The notes under the pieces: generated by a model
The model's input: the letters and a program-made list of their open reading frames with translations, nothing else
Databases searched by the model: none
Told to the model about the DNA's origin: nothing
Program-made: the position numbers and the translations under genes
Origin: Raillietiella orientalis
Taxonomy: Eukaryota
DNA length: 64,000 nucleotides
Direction of reading: 5' to 3'
Assembly: GCA_036172245.1 (NCBI GenBank)
Contig: JAYWIR010000004.1
Location: 2,480,001-2,544,000, forward strand
Shown here: piece by piece, positions 13,300 to 25,093 of the stretch
Layout: every line of letters starts with the position of its first letter
Numbering within the stretch: position 1 is the stretch's first letter

Positions 13300-14130
13300 A
13301 AAGAAGAAAAAGGAGATTTTCATAAGACGCAGGGAAACTCTGAAAATTCGGCCCTTCTTCCGGTTCATCGCGGTTGTCTTTTCCTTGTGTCAAATTGAAG
13401 TCTACCCAAATACGGTCCAGATTCAATTTCGACTTCGAGGATTCATCTTTTGGTTCAACTAAAAGAAGCCAAAGAAGGTAAACTGCATCGAAGAACAAAA
13501 CGTGAAACACATGAAGATTCGAAAGTGAAAAAATTCGATACCAAATGCCCGTGCAGGAGGAAGCTAACGTGTTTGGATGAGGAGAATTGAATTTTTGCTT
13601 TACTGCAGTTGTTTTCAATCGAAGAGAGGAAAGCCAATCAGAAGGAAGCTGAGATCCGTACATCAGAAGATATCAACCGCGATTAAACTTTTATCGTTAT
13701 TTGTGATCCTTGTGAGACCGAACTTTTGATCTCGTATCTTTCTCATCCGGGGTAAATTTCCAAGATGTAGACAACCAGAAGGGTGAAAGAGAGGATCAGA
13801 TGCCAGTAAAAAGGTTCTCTGGACCACGCATAAAGCATTATAAACAATTTCTTATCTTCGATATTCTGAATGAGATGGGAAATTCAATGGAACTTCAAGA
13901 ATATAATCTAAAGATTTTCAGAAAATTGCCAGCCTTTAAATTTGTGTGAACTTTTTGCTCCTGAGTAACAACTGAGAAAACAAAATGAGCTCGTAAGCTG
14001 AGAATTTTTTTTTATTGTTTAAAAAAAAAGTAAAAGAATCAGTTTTTATTCTGGGACGAGGTTCTTGGTTCACGCAGCTCGAAGACCACCGCCGAAAGAA
14101 TTGGGTTAAGTTAGACACGAGTATTCACAG
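13300..14130 (-). mobile_element. Decayed Penelope-like element (RT thumb, linker, GIY-YIG remnant)
   Basis: PRIKTDSFTF (cf. PxIKFT), PLNFPSHS (cf. YLxFxSxHP), ILEIYP (cf. NGYP) and TGIWYRIFS (cf. GVVYxIxC) occur in the correct order across frameshifts. Confidence 0.35.
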
Positions 14131-14524
14131 TGCAAATGATGGGCTGAGATAAATCTAGAAACCTCCTAAAGAATCGAAAGGTGCTGGGAAAAGGAAAGAC
14201 AAATAAATAAAGGAAAAAGTGGAATTGAAAAAAATCGCTTCTTCCTCAGCCTTCATCAGGCAGATACCTACGGCTCTGAAGACACGAGGGCACCTAGCAA
14301 GGCATGCATGCTAAGAGCCCGGATCAGAACTTTGCCTCTCCACAGCTCATCCAGTCCTGTCTGAAGACATACTGAAAGTTGTTCTTCGATCCACGTATTT
14401 CACTCACCTGAAACAAGCGAAAGGATCAACTTCCTTTCGGATCAACTTCTTTTCCCCATTTCAGGACAAGTTTTCTTTCATTCTCCCATCACTGGTATTT
14501 TTTTCCCTCTCGATGCAGCTTCGT

Positions 14525-14646
14525 CAGGCAGCTTTCTGCCGGAAAGCGTCGCCGTGGTTTTCCAACGGCCACGGCAGCGAGCGTCTCCGCACGAGCGGTG
14601 GTCTCCGAAAGCAAAAGAAAAAACAAACGGACGGCGCCGAACTTTC
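14525..14646 (+). repeat. Dispersed repeat, copy 1 (diverged direct copy at 18635-18751)
   Basis: gtggttttccaacg..gcgtctccgcacgagcggtggtctccgaaagc..aaacaaacggacggcgccga aligns by eye with gtggtttcccaacg..gcgtctccggacaagcagtggttcccgaaagc..aaacaaacagacggtgccga. Confidence 0.8.
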
Positions 14647-14899
14647 AAGATGAAATCTCGGCGCCGAGATTCGCAAATAGAATCCGAGTGGTCCTGAGGT
14701 CGCGAATCTCGTTTCTGTTTTACACAACCCAAAACACTTTTACTTCGAATCTCCTGCGAAACCGGGCGCGACCTTGACTTTTCGGCGATGAAAAAGAAAC
14801 GAACGCTGCATTCTTTCTCTCGGGAAAGGCAAGCAGTATCGCTGCACCCGAAACACATGGCTTGGTGACGAAGGAGCACACTAGCCTCTGGAGGAAACA

Positions 14900-17175
14900 A
14901 CATCTTTATCACTTGAGATTTATAATCTGCTTGACTAGGAGACTCACTCCAGAAGAATCAGTTCGAAGCATTCGGCGCGGCCGGAGGAGATCGGCCCGCC
15001 TGCAAACTTTGATTCTCTCAAGAGCGAGGTAGCTCATTTCATCGTGGATCGGGAAGCAGCTCCTCAAGATCGAATGATCTTCTATAAAGTTCGTGCACTC
15101 CTGTAAGGTGAGGAGATCTCTCTCTGTACTACGAGGTATGCTGCACAAATGAAAGAGAGAAATTGCCCCGAGGGCCGGAAGTTCTGTTTTACTCTTCCAT
15201 CTCCCAATTATGTTCTCAAATCTTCGCGCTAATTCCATCATTCAATTAATGAATCAATTGGAAGTGCCGTAAGCTGCAGTTCTTATCTGCTTCCCCCACA
15301 GTAAAAAACAAAAACGAATTCAAAAATCATCTTCGAACTCTTCTGTCTGTCTTGGTCCTTCTTTTTGTGTATGTACCCTTCAAAGAAAACGATACAGAGG
15401 AACTTGCGCTTCCAGCTCATTGTTTTATCACATCATTCCATCATGGAGAAAAAAAAATCATTGCATCATTTTGCGAACAGATGACCTTTCGACAAAGATT
15501 TCGGAGAAAGAGACTCCGGAGGATCTGGAAAAGAGAACAGTCTCTCAGTCCCTCGTGAAGACGAGATTCATTCATCTGCAAGATCGGAATCTTCCACCTT
15601 CAGGCATCGACAGACGTTTTTCAAGAGTGGATATATGTGGGGTGCATGTGTATAGGGTCAGGATCCGAAAACCGAAAAGAAAGATGGAGAAAGAAAGGAA
15701 GACCTCGAGGCGCAGAGAGCATTCGCTCCAAAAATGGGGTGGAAGAATTAATTTTTTTCCTCCATAATGTAGAAGATTTGGTTGCAGTACATTCCATGAC
15801 ATCTATCGCGCTCCCCATCGATGCTTTCCGAGAGAACCTCCTCTACGGATTAATCAGCATGGCCATTTTCTTCTTGAGATTTCCATTCCAAAAGGTGTTT
15901 ACAGTGAACCTGGAGCACCTTATTCTTAGATCTCGTGATAATCGTGCCATATCAAAGATTCTGATGAAGAATGATTCCATGTTGAACCTCATGTTCTTGT
16001 CTAAAAAACTGGAAAGAGCTTAGATTACATTTCTTCGGGAGAGATCTGCATCTTTTCATTTGAGATTCACCGCTGGCAAATGGTGAAAGAGATCCCACAG
16101 TGCTTTCTCTCTGCATCCATTTAGATCTGTTCTTATTTCCCCTTCCGTTCTTCTCCTTTTCCTGATTGCTTTGTGAATCAGATGGACCCATTACGGGTCT
16201 TGCACACCAAAATGCTGTTCTTTCTGTTTGGTATGGATTCTCCAGAGTTCGATCTCGTCCTCGAATGCAAAGCTCTGGGCAGCTCCATAGGAGAAAATAC
16301 CTCCTTATTTATGGTCGCAGCATCATAACGGATCATTTCCTAATTAGAGTTTCTGATCTTAGCACCAGCTTCAATTGCCGAATAGCATTTCCCTCTAGCA
16401 ATAAATATGCATGTTGTTGACACATTCACGATTAATGCATAGCTAATGGTGTATGCTGATGGACTGCATATATTCTTTTTGTTAAAGAACAGACGACTAC
16501 GATGGATCCCCCTTTCTAGTGACGGATCTTTCGAACGATGGAGTTTTTTTCCATCTGGGTAATCTTGTGTTTCACTCTATCCTGGCAGAGCAGGAACGGC
16601 CATTTTGGCAAGGAATTGTTTGACATGGTCTGTAGATTCAGAGATCGCTTGAGACTTGAATCCTTAATCCCTCTTTCAGGATGAACAGCGAAATTTCCTC
16701 CAATAGTCATGTTTGTATGAAATCTTACACTGTTAGGTCGGAGTGACCTGCCGTCTCCTTCCGTCTTCCGTAGACTTGACCCATCGAAACCTCCACCCTG
16801 GAGGTGCATTCGGAGTTCCAACAGATACTAACAGGTTGCCTTTTATTGCTTCTGCCAGCCCTGGATCTACGGCTGGCTAAGATGAAGAGTGCAACGGAAG
16901 CGAAAGAGAAGCAGAAAAACTCCATTGATTTGTTGTTTTCATGTCCTTCAGGGAAAGAATAAAACACGTTTGATCAATGATGGATGAACTTTGGCATCCT
17001 CCGTAAGTTCTTTTGATTGACTCCGGACGTCCAGTTTCAGATGTCCAGTGAACCAGAAGACGAATGGACTTCTAGTGACCAAATCACCGAAAGGAGAACG
17101 AAATGAATTGCAATTACGGGAGTTAATGCAATGAGATGGATTTTGGTTTCCAATAAAGTCACCAGGCAATGGAAC
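14900..17175 (-). mobile_element. Decayed L1/Tx1-clade LINE ORF2 (endonuclease plus RT)
   Basis: Ordered motifs on the minus strand: LPGDF (EN GDFN), LPKKCNL..FRQ (cf. PKK..YRPISL), MSWNVLQPNLLHYG (cf. FDRVSWxFL..FG), ILTLY, RGT-frameshift-CSL (cf. RGxRQGCPLSP), EFEDD (cf. YADD), IIGRWKSK..LGAISL..CSIP (cf. L1 WK..LS..GR..L..SIP). Confidence 0.6.
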
Positions 17176-17261
17176 TGACTTTTCGTCAGTTTACAGAGGC
17201 TTGCATCCTATGCCGCACAAGTTGGGATGGAGGAGAAACTTGCATCTCGGATTAGAAGGGA

Positions 17262-18480
17262 AGACCTTTGCTGACCTAGCTGAGTCTCAGCCACTCTCTG
17301 ATAATTCCCCTTCGGTTTGCACCCGGTGACTCCGGGGCGTTGGTTGCTACCCATCGGCACGGAACTTCTGTAGGTCTCCGTGTCCTGCCGTGTCCTAACC
17401 GCTGAATAGCGATGCTTTAGAAAGGTGCACGCGCGTGCGGAGGGGAGGGGGGGAGGATAAGAATTACATAAATGGAAATTGCCTGAGATCCGAGTGCATG
17501 GTGGGATCGCCTTTCCCACCACGTGAGCGGAACAGCGCTTGGAAGCGGCTAGAAGACCACAATCGAGGGGTCGGGAACCTTCCTCGGTGATGTTCGGAGA
17601 GCAGGTGAAAGAAAAGGGGTCAGGAGCAGCCTGGAGACACCTGGCCTCAGAGGGACAAACCTTGCGGGGCAGGAGTTTCTCCACGTCGCGGAGCGCGGCT
17701 TCCTCTCCTTCCCACCTCGATGTCCCGAGGGATTTCCTTCGACCTTTCCATTCCAAAGAGGGATGCTCACCGACAGAGATGCAAGCAGCGATGAAACTGC
17801 GAGAATTCTGCTTTGCTAGAATACTGAAGAGTCTTTCAGCAGCAACGATCAGGTATTAATGAATTCTCTGATTACAGGGGCCATCTCAACCCGAAATCTT
17901 CTGGATGGAAACCATTGTGCGCCTTACAGGAGGCAGGAGAAAGGAATTATTTCCGGTCCATGAAGTCATATGATGAAGCGACTGCCACTGGCATCGAGGC
18001 CGATAACAATCCTTCTATTTCTTTTCAATGCTACCATGCAACTACTGATCCTCTGTCTCCCAGTTCTGTTGCGCAGAAACGGAGTAGTTTGTAGCAAGGC
18101 TCGAAAGGAGTTTCCATGTGGGGAAACGCCCTTGTAATTCCGGGAAAAGGCAGAAATTACACGCAAGGGGGGGAGGATTATTTCAGGGTTGCCGGGAGAA
18201 ATCACTCGGTGGTCTCTTTCCTGTCATATCAACTTCCTTGCTGCGATCAAGAAATTTCAACGGTTCCGAAAGAACCACTCGCGAGAATACAGTGGTTTGT
18301 CGTCGAGAGGATCGGATGCTGGCGCGTACCAGAAAATGAAGCCTTGCGAGAAGCAAAATATCTCCGAGCAGGCAGCTCTTCGTAGGTGTCACTCTTGGGA
18401 GGCACGGAGGTATTGTGGGGATATGCGAAGAGGCCTGCTGGTTGGACGGATTTCCGGTGAAAGCCGGTCGCTTAGGTAAA
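17262..18480 (+). mobile_element. Decayed Ty3/gypsy-like element, copy 1 (block A, gag-like block B, pol/integrase pieces)
   Basis: Block B translates AWWDRLSHHVSGTALGS..KTTIEGSG (gag-like). Downstream lie MKRLPL (cf. LSRLPL), ATTDP and MWGNALVIPGKGR (cf. LWGxRVVIP before the integrase HHCC). Confidence 0.45.
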
Positions 18481-18634
18481 CTCGAGGCGCTTCATGCGGG
18501 GTTCTTCTTTTGCTAACAGTGGACCACAAGAAGCGTTTCTCGATGCACTGATGCTTGGGTGCAGAAGAACGGTGTGAGAGAGAAGCAGAAAACTGGCGGC
18601 TGGGCTTCCCTCCACTTGCTGTACGGCAGCCAGT

Positions 18635-18751
18635 CGAGGTGCTTCCTCAGAGGAGCGCCACTGTGGTTTCCCAACGACTGAGCGCGTCTCCGGACAAGCA
18701 GTGGTTCCCGAAAGCGAAAACAAACAGACGGTGCCGATTTCTGAAACAGCT
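18635..18751 (+). repeat. Dispersed repeat, copy 2 of 14525-14646
   Basis: Direct nucleotide similarity to 14525-14646; both minus-strand translations contain SAPSVCF..PLVRRR/LLVRRR. Confidence 0.8.
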
Positions 18752-19029
18752 GGGACTCTGCAACCACCTGAGACTTTCTATTTTTCTTCTACTTTTTCTT
18801 CGCCATCCCAGCCTCTCGTTCGAGAAACAAACTCTTCCAGCATGCTCTGGAAAACAAAGAACTCTCTCTTCGGAAGCCCAGCAGGGCGAAGGGCGTCGAA
18901 TGAGCCCTGCATTTGCTGCGAGCACCAAGTGAGGGCTGGTGGCTGCTCCTGCGAGCGCCATTTCACAGAAGCATGTTCTGCCCTTCCTCTCCTCTTCCTT
19001 TTTTTCTTTTTTTCGATGCTCTCTTATAA

Positions 19030-21125
19030 TCCGGGCAATGCCATTGAGAATCGGTTGACCCGTTAGTCTAAGAACCCAGAACGATGAAAAAGTCAGGGCT
19101 TCTCCGGACTTCCATGCAGATGAAGGACACGCGTGCGCTGCTCCCCTGAGGCGTCTTCCTCGATTTGGACACACGTCTCAGGGTACCTCCTCTTTTCTGC
19201 TGCTGAAACCGTTTCCTCTAGTCACCGGGCCCTGGTGAATGCATGTGCACTCTAGAACCACGTCCTCAGGGGCAGTATATGTAAAGCAACTACTCCAAGC
19301 CCAAGGACCTATCAGCGTCCAGCTGAACTTTCGGTCGCCTCCGGCTGCGTCCACAAGTACAGCAGATTGAGAACACGCACCGTCCTGCTTGATCTTTGGT
19401 GAGGAGCAGGTGTCTTCGGCGTTCCTTACGGCTTCGATGCTATTGGTTCACCATCTAAGCGCCAAGGGCTGACCGTAATAGATGGATCTCCGAGCCAGAT
19501 ACTGCATCCACTCATCACCGAGGTCGATGTCATCTGACCCGAACTTTGTCTGCCGCCGCGAATGCGGCAACCGGAAGGCAAACTGAGGCGGGAAAACTTC
19601 AACCCTCTGGTTTGTTTCCGTGGACCGCGGCGATAGCCAGCGTGCTCCACTTTTCTTTCCTTTCCTTCCGCCTGGTGGTGGTATAGGATGCACCTCGATC
19701 CCTGAGACTGTTCCGACGAAAGTGGGTTCGGACTCCCTTTGGCCCCGAAGACGACCTTAAAAGCTGAACCTGCGCTCAGGAAGCCGAGACCCACGTCGGG
19801 CACCGACAGAACTGACACCAACGCGACCAGTTTCCGTCCTCTCCGCAAACAGGTACCGAAGGACCGGAACCGGAATTTTCGGGTGATGATCATCGCTCCT
19901 CCTGAGATTTTACCTACCCTCCTGGTGAATTTCGTACCACCTTCCCACAGCGTCGACGTGCTGCCTAGTCTGCTCATCCCGGTCCTTCCCGATTCGACGT
20001 CCGCTGGTTTTCCAGCACCGGACAGTCAGTGAAAGTGGAAGCGTCCTCCTCTCTCCAGTGAAAGAGGAAAGTGGACGCTTCTTCTAAGCCGTCGGTTAGC
20101 GAAGCAACCAGGGAGCGCGCAGCTGAGAAACACGGGCGAAGAGATGGGCGAGAGAAGCGTTCGGTCTTTGGAACCTCGACAGAACCTCGGAAGCTGCGAG
20201 GAGGTCCGGAGGTGAATGAGCGTTCCAGGTTTTCTGCAGCTCTGAGCAGGAGTTCCGCCGCGTCAGGGAACGAAGCTTCCGCTCTTGGTTCCTCGGCACT
20301 TTGCGCCTCGACGTCCCGAGAAATTTGCTTCGACCTTTCGAGCAACCCTTCGAAGGGTTCATTCCTTCGGGTCTCACTCGGATCCAGGCGAGTGGCTGAG
20401 GGCTGAGGAGAATGTGTGAGTGCTTCGACCTTTCCGATTGTCCTCTGGATCCGTCTCCGTTAAAGATGTTCTTCTGTGTTCCTACCCTCTCCGCGCGAGC
20501 GAACTCGTGGCCCGCGATTCTCCGATGGATCCAGCATCTTTCCTCCGCTTCGCTTTTCTGGGAGCAAACAAGCGGGAAGAAGGAAAGAAGCGGGCGCTTT
20601 CAGTTCATTTCCTGCCGCTCTTTCTCTTCCCTTGCCCGTCTGGATGGCCGCCGGAACGCGCGCTCCCGCAGCGTCCCCTGCAGCGTTCCTCTCTCATCCT
20701 GCCCCTTCGTTCTCGCCAACGCTTCTCTTGAGGCGACTTTGAGAGCCAAGATCTCTGTGAGAGCTCGGAGAGATCTCAGAAATTCCATGGCTTGTGCTCT
20801 TCACGCCTTTGCGCTCGCAACCTTTGACCTCGCCTTGTGCCTCTGGCTATGGACGAGGCTTTCCTCTTCCGCATCGAATCTCGAGAACCTCGTCACCGGA
20901 TTCCGGTGTTCGTGCGCATCGGGGAGAGTTCCTGCCTATCCCGCGAGGCTTGGATTTCTGAGACCGGGTGGCTCCAGGATCCTCCTTTCCCTCGCTCTCC
21001 GAACATCATCGAGAAAGATTCCCGATCCCTCAATTGTGGTCTTCCAGACGCTTCCAAGAACCGTCCCGTTCACGTGGTGGGAAAGGTGATCCTACCATGC
21101 ACTCGAGTCCTGGAGACTTCCTGCT
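19030..21125 (-). mobile_element. Decayed Ty3/gypsy element (gag, protease, start of RT)
   Basis: 20920-21125 is an inverted diverged copy of block B (17480-17685). Then RPCFS (knuckle remnant), GRKLVALV..SVLS (protease remnant), EVFPPQFAF..QTKFGSDDIDLGD (cf. FxDVF..GxT..HxIDxGD), QKRGGTLRRV (cf. KKDGTLRxC) and GEALTFSS (cf. GAKxFSxLD). Confidence 0.55.
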
Positions 21126-21446
21126 AGAAGAAATGCCCTCTCTCGAAGTCCTTCTGCCCTTCTATTCCTTCCGTTTCGATCCTTCTTCTATTCTGGGATG
21201 AGATACGAAAGATGGCGGAAGCATCCCGTTGGCAGCGGAGCCGATGATTCTACGCCCACAGAGCGACAGCGCGACTTTTCTACACCTCCTCAATCCAAAA
21301 ATCTATTTAGGGGATCGGACAGCAATCTTCTCCCAATAGGTGAATGGACTGGTCTTTTCAGGAACCTGCAGTGCTTTCATGATCCACGTCATCCTCTTCC
21401 CCTCCCCCTCTCTCCTGATTTTTTCCCTTTCATCACCGTCCCTGCA

Positions 21447-21683
21447 GAGACCCTTGCTGACCTCTCTCAGTCTCAGCTACCCTCTGGTGATTCCGACTCG
21501 GTTCGCTCCCGGTGCCTGTGGGGTATTTGCTGTTTCCCATTAGCAGGGAACATCTGTAGGCCTCCGAGTCCAACCGTTTCCTGACCACTGGGGAGCAGAT
21601 TTCTCCTGCTGGGCAGCGATGCTTTGGAAGGATGCACGCGCGTGTGGGTGTGGGAGTGGGGGATAAGAATGACAAAGATGGAA
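21447..21683 (+). repeat. Block A, diverged direct copy of 17262-17478
   Basis: agacccttgctgacct..agtctcagctaccctctggtgattcc..ctgtaggcctccgagtcc..gcgatgctttggaaggatgcacgcgcgtg..ggataagaatgacaaagatggaaa aligns with 17262-17478, apart from one ~20-nt insertion. Confidence 0.85.
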
Positions 21684-21789
21684 AAACAGCTATGTGAGGG
21701 TTTGGGAGAGCTATCCATTTTTTTTTTTTTTTATCGTTTTTGTCAACAAACGCCCTGCATCCTTCACCGATTCGTATCCGAAATTTGTT

Positions 21790-22390
21790 GTTTCATAGAA
21801 ACGGATAAAGTTCTGCGGAGTTGGACCGAGGATGGGAGCAACTATGAAGTGGTCGTAGCAAAGGACCGGCTTCCTGGTTTTTTCCTAGATTGTGATCTTT
21901 GGGGAGTTCACCCTGGCACCTTGTCACAGAGGAAGAGATTCCAGAGGTTGGGATCCTGGAAATACGGACGTGTCGAGTATGTCAAAAAAAAAAAAAAGGC
22001 AGGAGCAAAGAGAAAGGATGGGAGACCACCTTACACCTTGAGGTCATTGACCGTTCCTAGGTAACCATGGCTGTTTCCCGCCACTTCTGGCCGTGAATGG
22101 CAAACCAGAGGTTCGCCTTGCCGACTCTGAGACGCACGTCGCTCCCGAAAAGACGTCCGCCTGGCTTCTCCCTGACAAAGTCGCAGCCGAGGAGTTCTGC
22201 ACAGGAAGGGAAAAGGAAAAAAAAAAAAAAATGTTCCCCCACGGCTCCCTCGTCCTGAATGACTCGGCGCGCCGCCATCTTGCTGAAACTCGCAGGTTTC
22301 GCACGCCCAGAAAAATGTCCGCTCGCAACTACATTTTCCGTCATCCGACTTTCTCATCCCGGACAGCAGGTCCTCTTCGTTTAAAATAGA
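21790..22390 (+). mobile_element. Decayed gypsy-type integrase remnant
   Basis: VLRSW..YEVVVAKDRLP..GVHPG..GSW..VEYVK (HHCC region), LRSLTVPR*PW (cf. LxPLxVPxxPW), NGK..LAD and FRHP (cf. YHP). Confidence 0.5.
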
Positions 22391-22459
22391 CAGATGGACC
22401 AAAACAAATCAGTTAAAGATCGGTATGTCCCAGTCCGTGCCCGAAGGGTTAGACTTCTC

Positions 22460-23060
22460 ACTGGGGGCGGAAATAAAGAGTGAAGGGAGAGGAAGGGGGG
22501 GAGGGGAAAGCAAATAAATAGGGGAAGGGACCAACCGGTCCCGCGGTACTCAATACGAGGCCCTGCGCCGGATAAGGGTGATATGAAAGGGTGGGATGAG
22601 ACGTGAGATGTAGGTGAGCTCGCCAGTATCGAGTTGGTCTTCCCACAACCGTCCGAAGGGTTCGTTGTACTTCACATCCCAGATTGGACCATTCCGTTGG
22701 CCTTCCAATTCAGGCGGTGGGGATCGCAAAGGATCCTCCGGGATGGTGGCCACGTTCTTCCTCCATCTCGACGATCACCGCTGCTCTCACGTGGCAGAGG
22801 ATGTCCGGCGAGGAGGCAACCGGTCAGCCTGGAGAAGCAAACGCTCTTCTGAGTGATTCCTGTAGGTTCGCATTGGGGGAAACCGAAGTGCCGCAGAGAT
22901 GCCATCCCTGGAACCTGCCTTCCGCATTCATGATGAAGCGCGTGCAGCACCGTTCCGCAGTGGGATGCGCTCCTCGACCATCATCTGACCCTCCGACTTT
23001 GAAATCTTCAGCGAGGAACGAACTGTGGGATCACCGAGCGCTTCTGAGAACTGCGGAGGC
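22460..23060 (-). mobile_element. Possible 3' end of an L1/Tx1-like LINE (zf-RVT remnant and pyrimidine-rich tail)
   Basis: GTVLHALHHEC (cf. ETxxHAxxEC), then FGRLW, then a C/T-rich 3' region. Confidence 0.28.
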
Positions 23061-23309
23061 TTGAGAACATCTCTCATTGCAATTCCAGGTTTAGGGAGCA
23101 GAGTCGTGGAGTTGCGAGCTCCCTCGCCGCCTCGGCATAGCGGAGTCCGAGCCTTCCGCTAGCGAAAGGACACAGGGAAGGGAAGAGAGGCAATAAAAGA
23201 AAAAAAAAGGCGCGTTGCTCATGTTGCTTGGCACTCAACCGCTCGCCGCACCAAGCTGCGTCGGTCATCGCTTACGGCATCCCCACGCGGCCTCCGTGGT
23301 GATAAGGAT

Positions 23310-23720
23310 GGGGAGATCTTTGGGACTGCATCCAGGCAAAACTTTCGATCGGGACGATCGTGCACAAGCGATTCCTGCAGGACGTGGACTGGGACGCGGA
23401 GGCGTGCGAGGTCACTGCAAAGTCACAGGTATCGTGTGTGTCGGAGCCGGCGCCTCTGCCAACCCTCAGACCGCCGCAGCTTCCGTGAGAAGAGCCACCA
23501 AAGTCTCCATCCGAGACTGTGAACCTCCCAGGAGCCTCGAAGTTTCCGAAGACCACGCTCTAAAAAGACTGGTCTCGCTGAGCATGTGCTCAAGAAGATG
23601 GTGTGCAAGGATGGACCCTTGGTTGGGACTTACAGGACAGATCGGAGAAGAGAAAACACGTTCCAGAAGTTAGGACAAGAGGAGGATGGGTCTGTTGGGA
23701 AAACCTTGGGAAAACTGAAG
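23310..23720 (+). mobile_element. Decayed RTE-clade LINE RT/C-terminal remnant
   Basis: LHPGKTFDRDDR (cf. DxxKAFDxVxR) and LAEHVLK..LVG..DRRRENT (cf. WxGHVxR..LxG..GxRxRGRP). Confidence 0.38.
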
Positions 23721-24390
23721 TTGAAGGGAGATGAAAAAATAGATATGCAAGAGGAGAATTCTTCCCCGAGGAGACCCGACCAAAAGAGGGTTACCGCAGC
23801 TGTGATGTTCTGCGAGAAAGGCAGACGAGAAGATTGTCTCCTCAAGGGAGGCGCTATCGATCCGGATGAAGTCCGGCCCATCCCGCACTGCCATGCAAAA
23901 AACGGCCCAAGAGTCTTCAAGTTAGAGGTACCTCACAGAGACTCATAGAGAGGCCCCATGGCTTATGGAAGGATCAGGATCAGAAGGAAAACGGGGAGGA
24001 AACCTAATGAGCAATGAAACCTCCTTGTTGTCCTCTTCTCAGTGGCTGGAAAACTCCAGTTCCCATCCACTGACAGCATGGAACTCTAGCATCCACTGGC
24101 GTGCACAGATCCGTGCTTGTCACGGGATGTGTACGAAGCAGCATTTGGGAGGGAGCTGCAGTCCCAACAGAGGCAAACAGATGTCCTTCTATGCATGCTG
24201 CAGCTGGCTGCAGCCTTGTGCCGTACCTCCGTCCCAAGTCCAAAAAAAAAACGGATGTGCATGGTCTGTATAGTCTATATACACTTTGGGTTCAGTTGTG
24301 AGAAATCCGTTAGAGCGAAAAGAAGCACAACAAAGGCAAGGTGAATGCGCAAAACGCCAACTGTAGACGATGACTTCCGTCGAAGAATCT

Positions 24391-24461
24391 CCTTCGAGGA
24401 TCAGAGGCGGTTGCACACCGTGGAGACGCGGTGTGCAACCGCCCGGTCTTTCGATCGAAGG
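24391..24461. repeat. Inverted repeat/hairpin: perfect 15-bp stem, 8-nt loop, extendable
   Basis: ggcggttgcacaccg (24406-24420), loop tggagacg, cggtgtgcaaccgcc (24429-24443). Outer ccttcga (24391) and tcgaagg (24455) also pair. Confidence 0.9.
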
Positions 24462-25023
24462 TTGGTGGGGGCCTTTGAGACGAATGCTCGATATCGGGGG
24501 CCTCGGTTCAAGCCGGCCAGCGTGCGGAACAGCAGCTCATCGAATGAAGAACGCAGTTCCGGTGAAGTGGGAAAGAAATACGAAATGCAGAAGAGACTGC
24601 AGGACTGAGCCCGCGGGTGCAGTCGGAGATGGAATTTTTGCTGCTGTCTACCGTTGGAGTCTTCCAGGTCGTCCTCTGACTGTCCGCCCGCCTCCTGAAA
24701 GTGGCCCTTTCCACCTCACTCCCCACATGATCCCTCCCTTCCAATGTGTCGAGTGCAAATCGGGAAAATCCTTGGGAAGAACCGCAACATGCTCGACTGC
24801 GTCTCCTTCCGATGAACCCAGCCTCTGTGGCCGTACTTCGCTCACGCTTTCTCAAGAATACTTCCCCCACCACACCCCACTCCTTTTCAGAGAGAGAGAG
24901 AGACACACACACACACAAAAAAAAAAGAGGAAAAACGGAAGAAAAAGCAGGGAGTATGGCCAGAGCATTCTCTGGACGACGAGTTCGCGAAAGATGTCGG
25001 AGGGATACGCCGAATGCAACTAG

Positions 25024-25093
25024 ACGCGTCTACATCCGTCTTCACGCTCTTGCGCGTTCGTCCGCAAGAGCGTGAAGACGAATGGAGACGCGT
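25024..25093. repeat. Inverted repeat/hairpin: 31-bp stem with 2 mismatches, 8-nt loop
   Basis: acgcgtctacatccgtcttcacgctcttgcg (25024-25054), loop cgttcgtc, cgcaagagcgtgaagacgaatggagacgcgt (25063-25093). Confidence 0.92.

Noticed and set aside
14235..14262. Minus-strand CTGATGA near the Penelope remnant (possible hammerhead ribozyme)
   Set aside because: No GAAA core partner or convincing stems could be built.
14654..14671. Perfect 18-bp palindrome aatctcggcgccgagatt
   Set aside because: Isolated within transposon debris, with no supporting context for function.
24538..24606. catcgaatgaagaacgcag...tgcagga, resembling the 5.8S rRNA motif CATCGATGAAGAACGCAGC
   Set aside because: The match is only ~18 nt with an insertion, the flanks do not align to 5.8S, and there is no 18S/28S context. 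Chance or an unprovable fossil.
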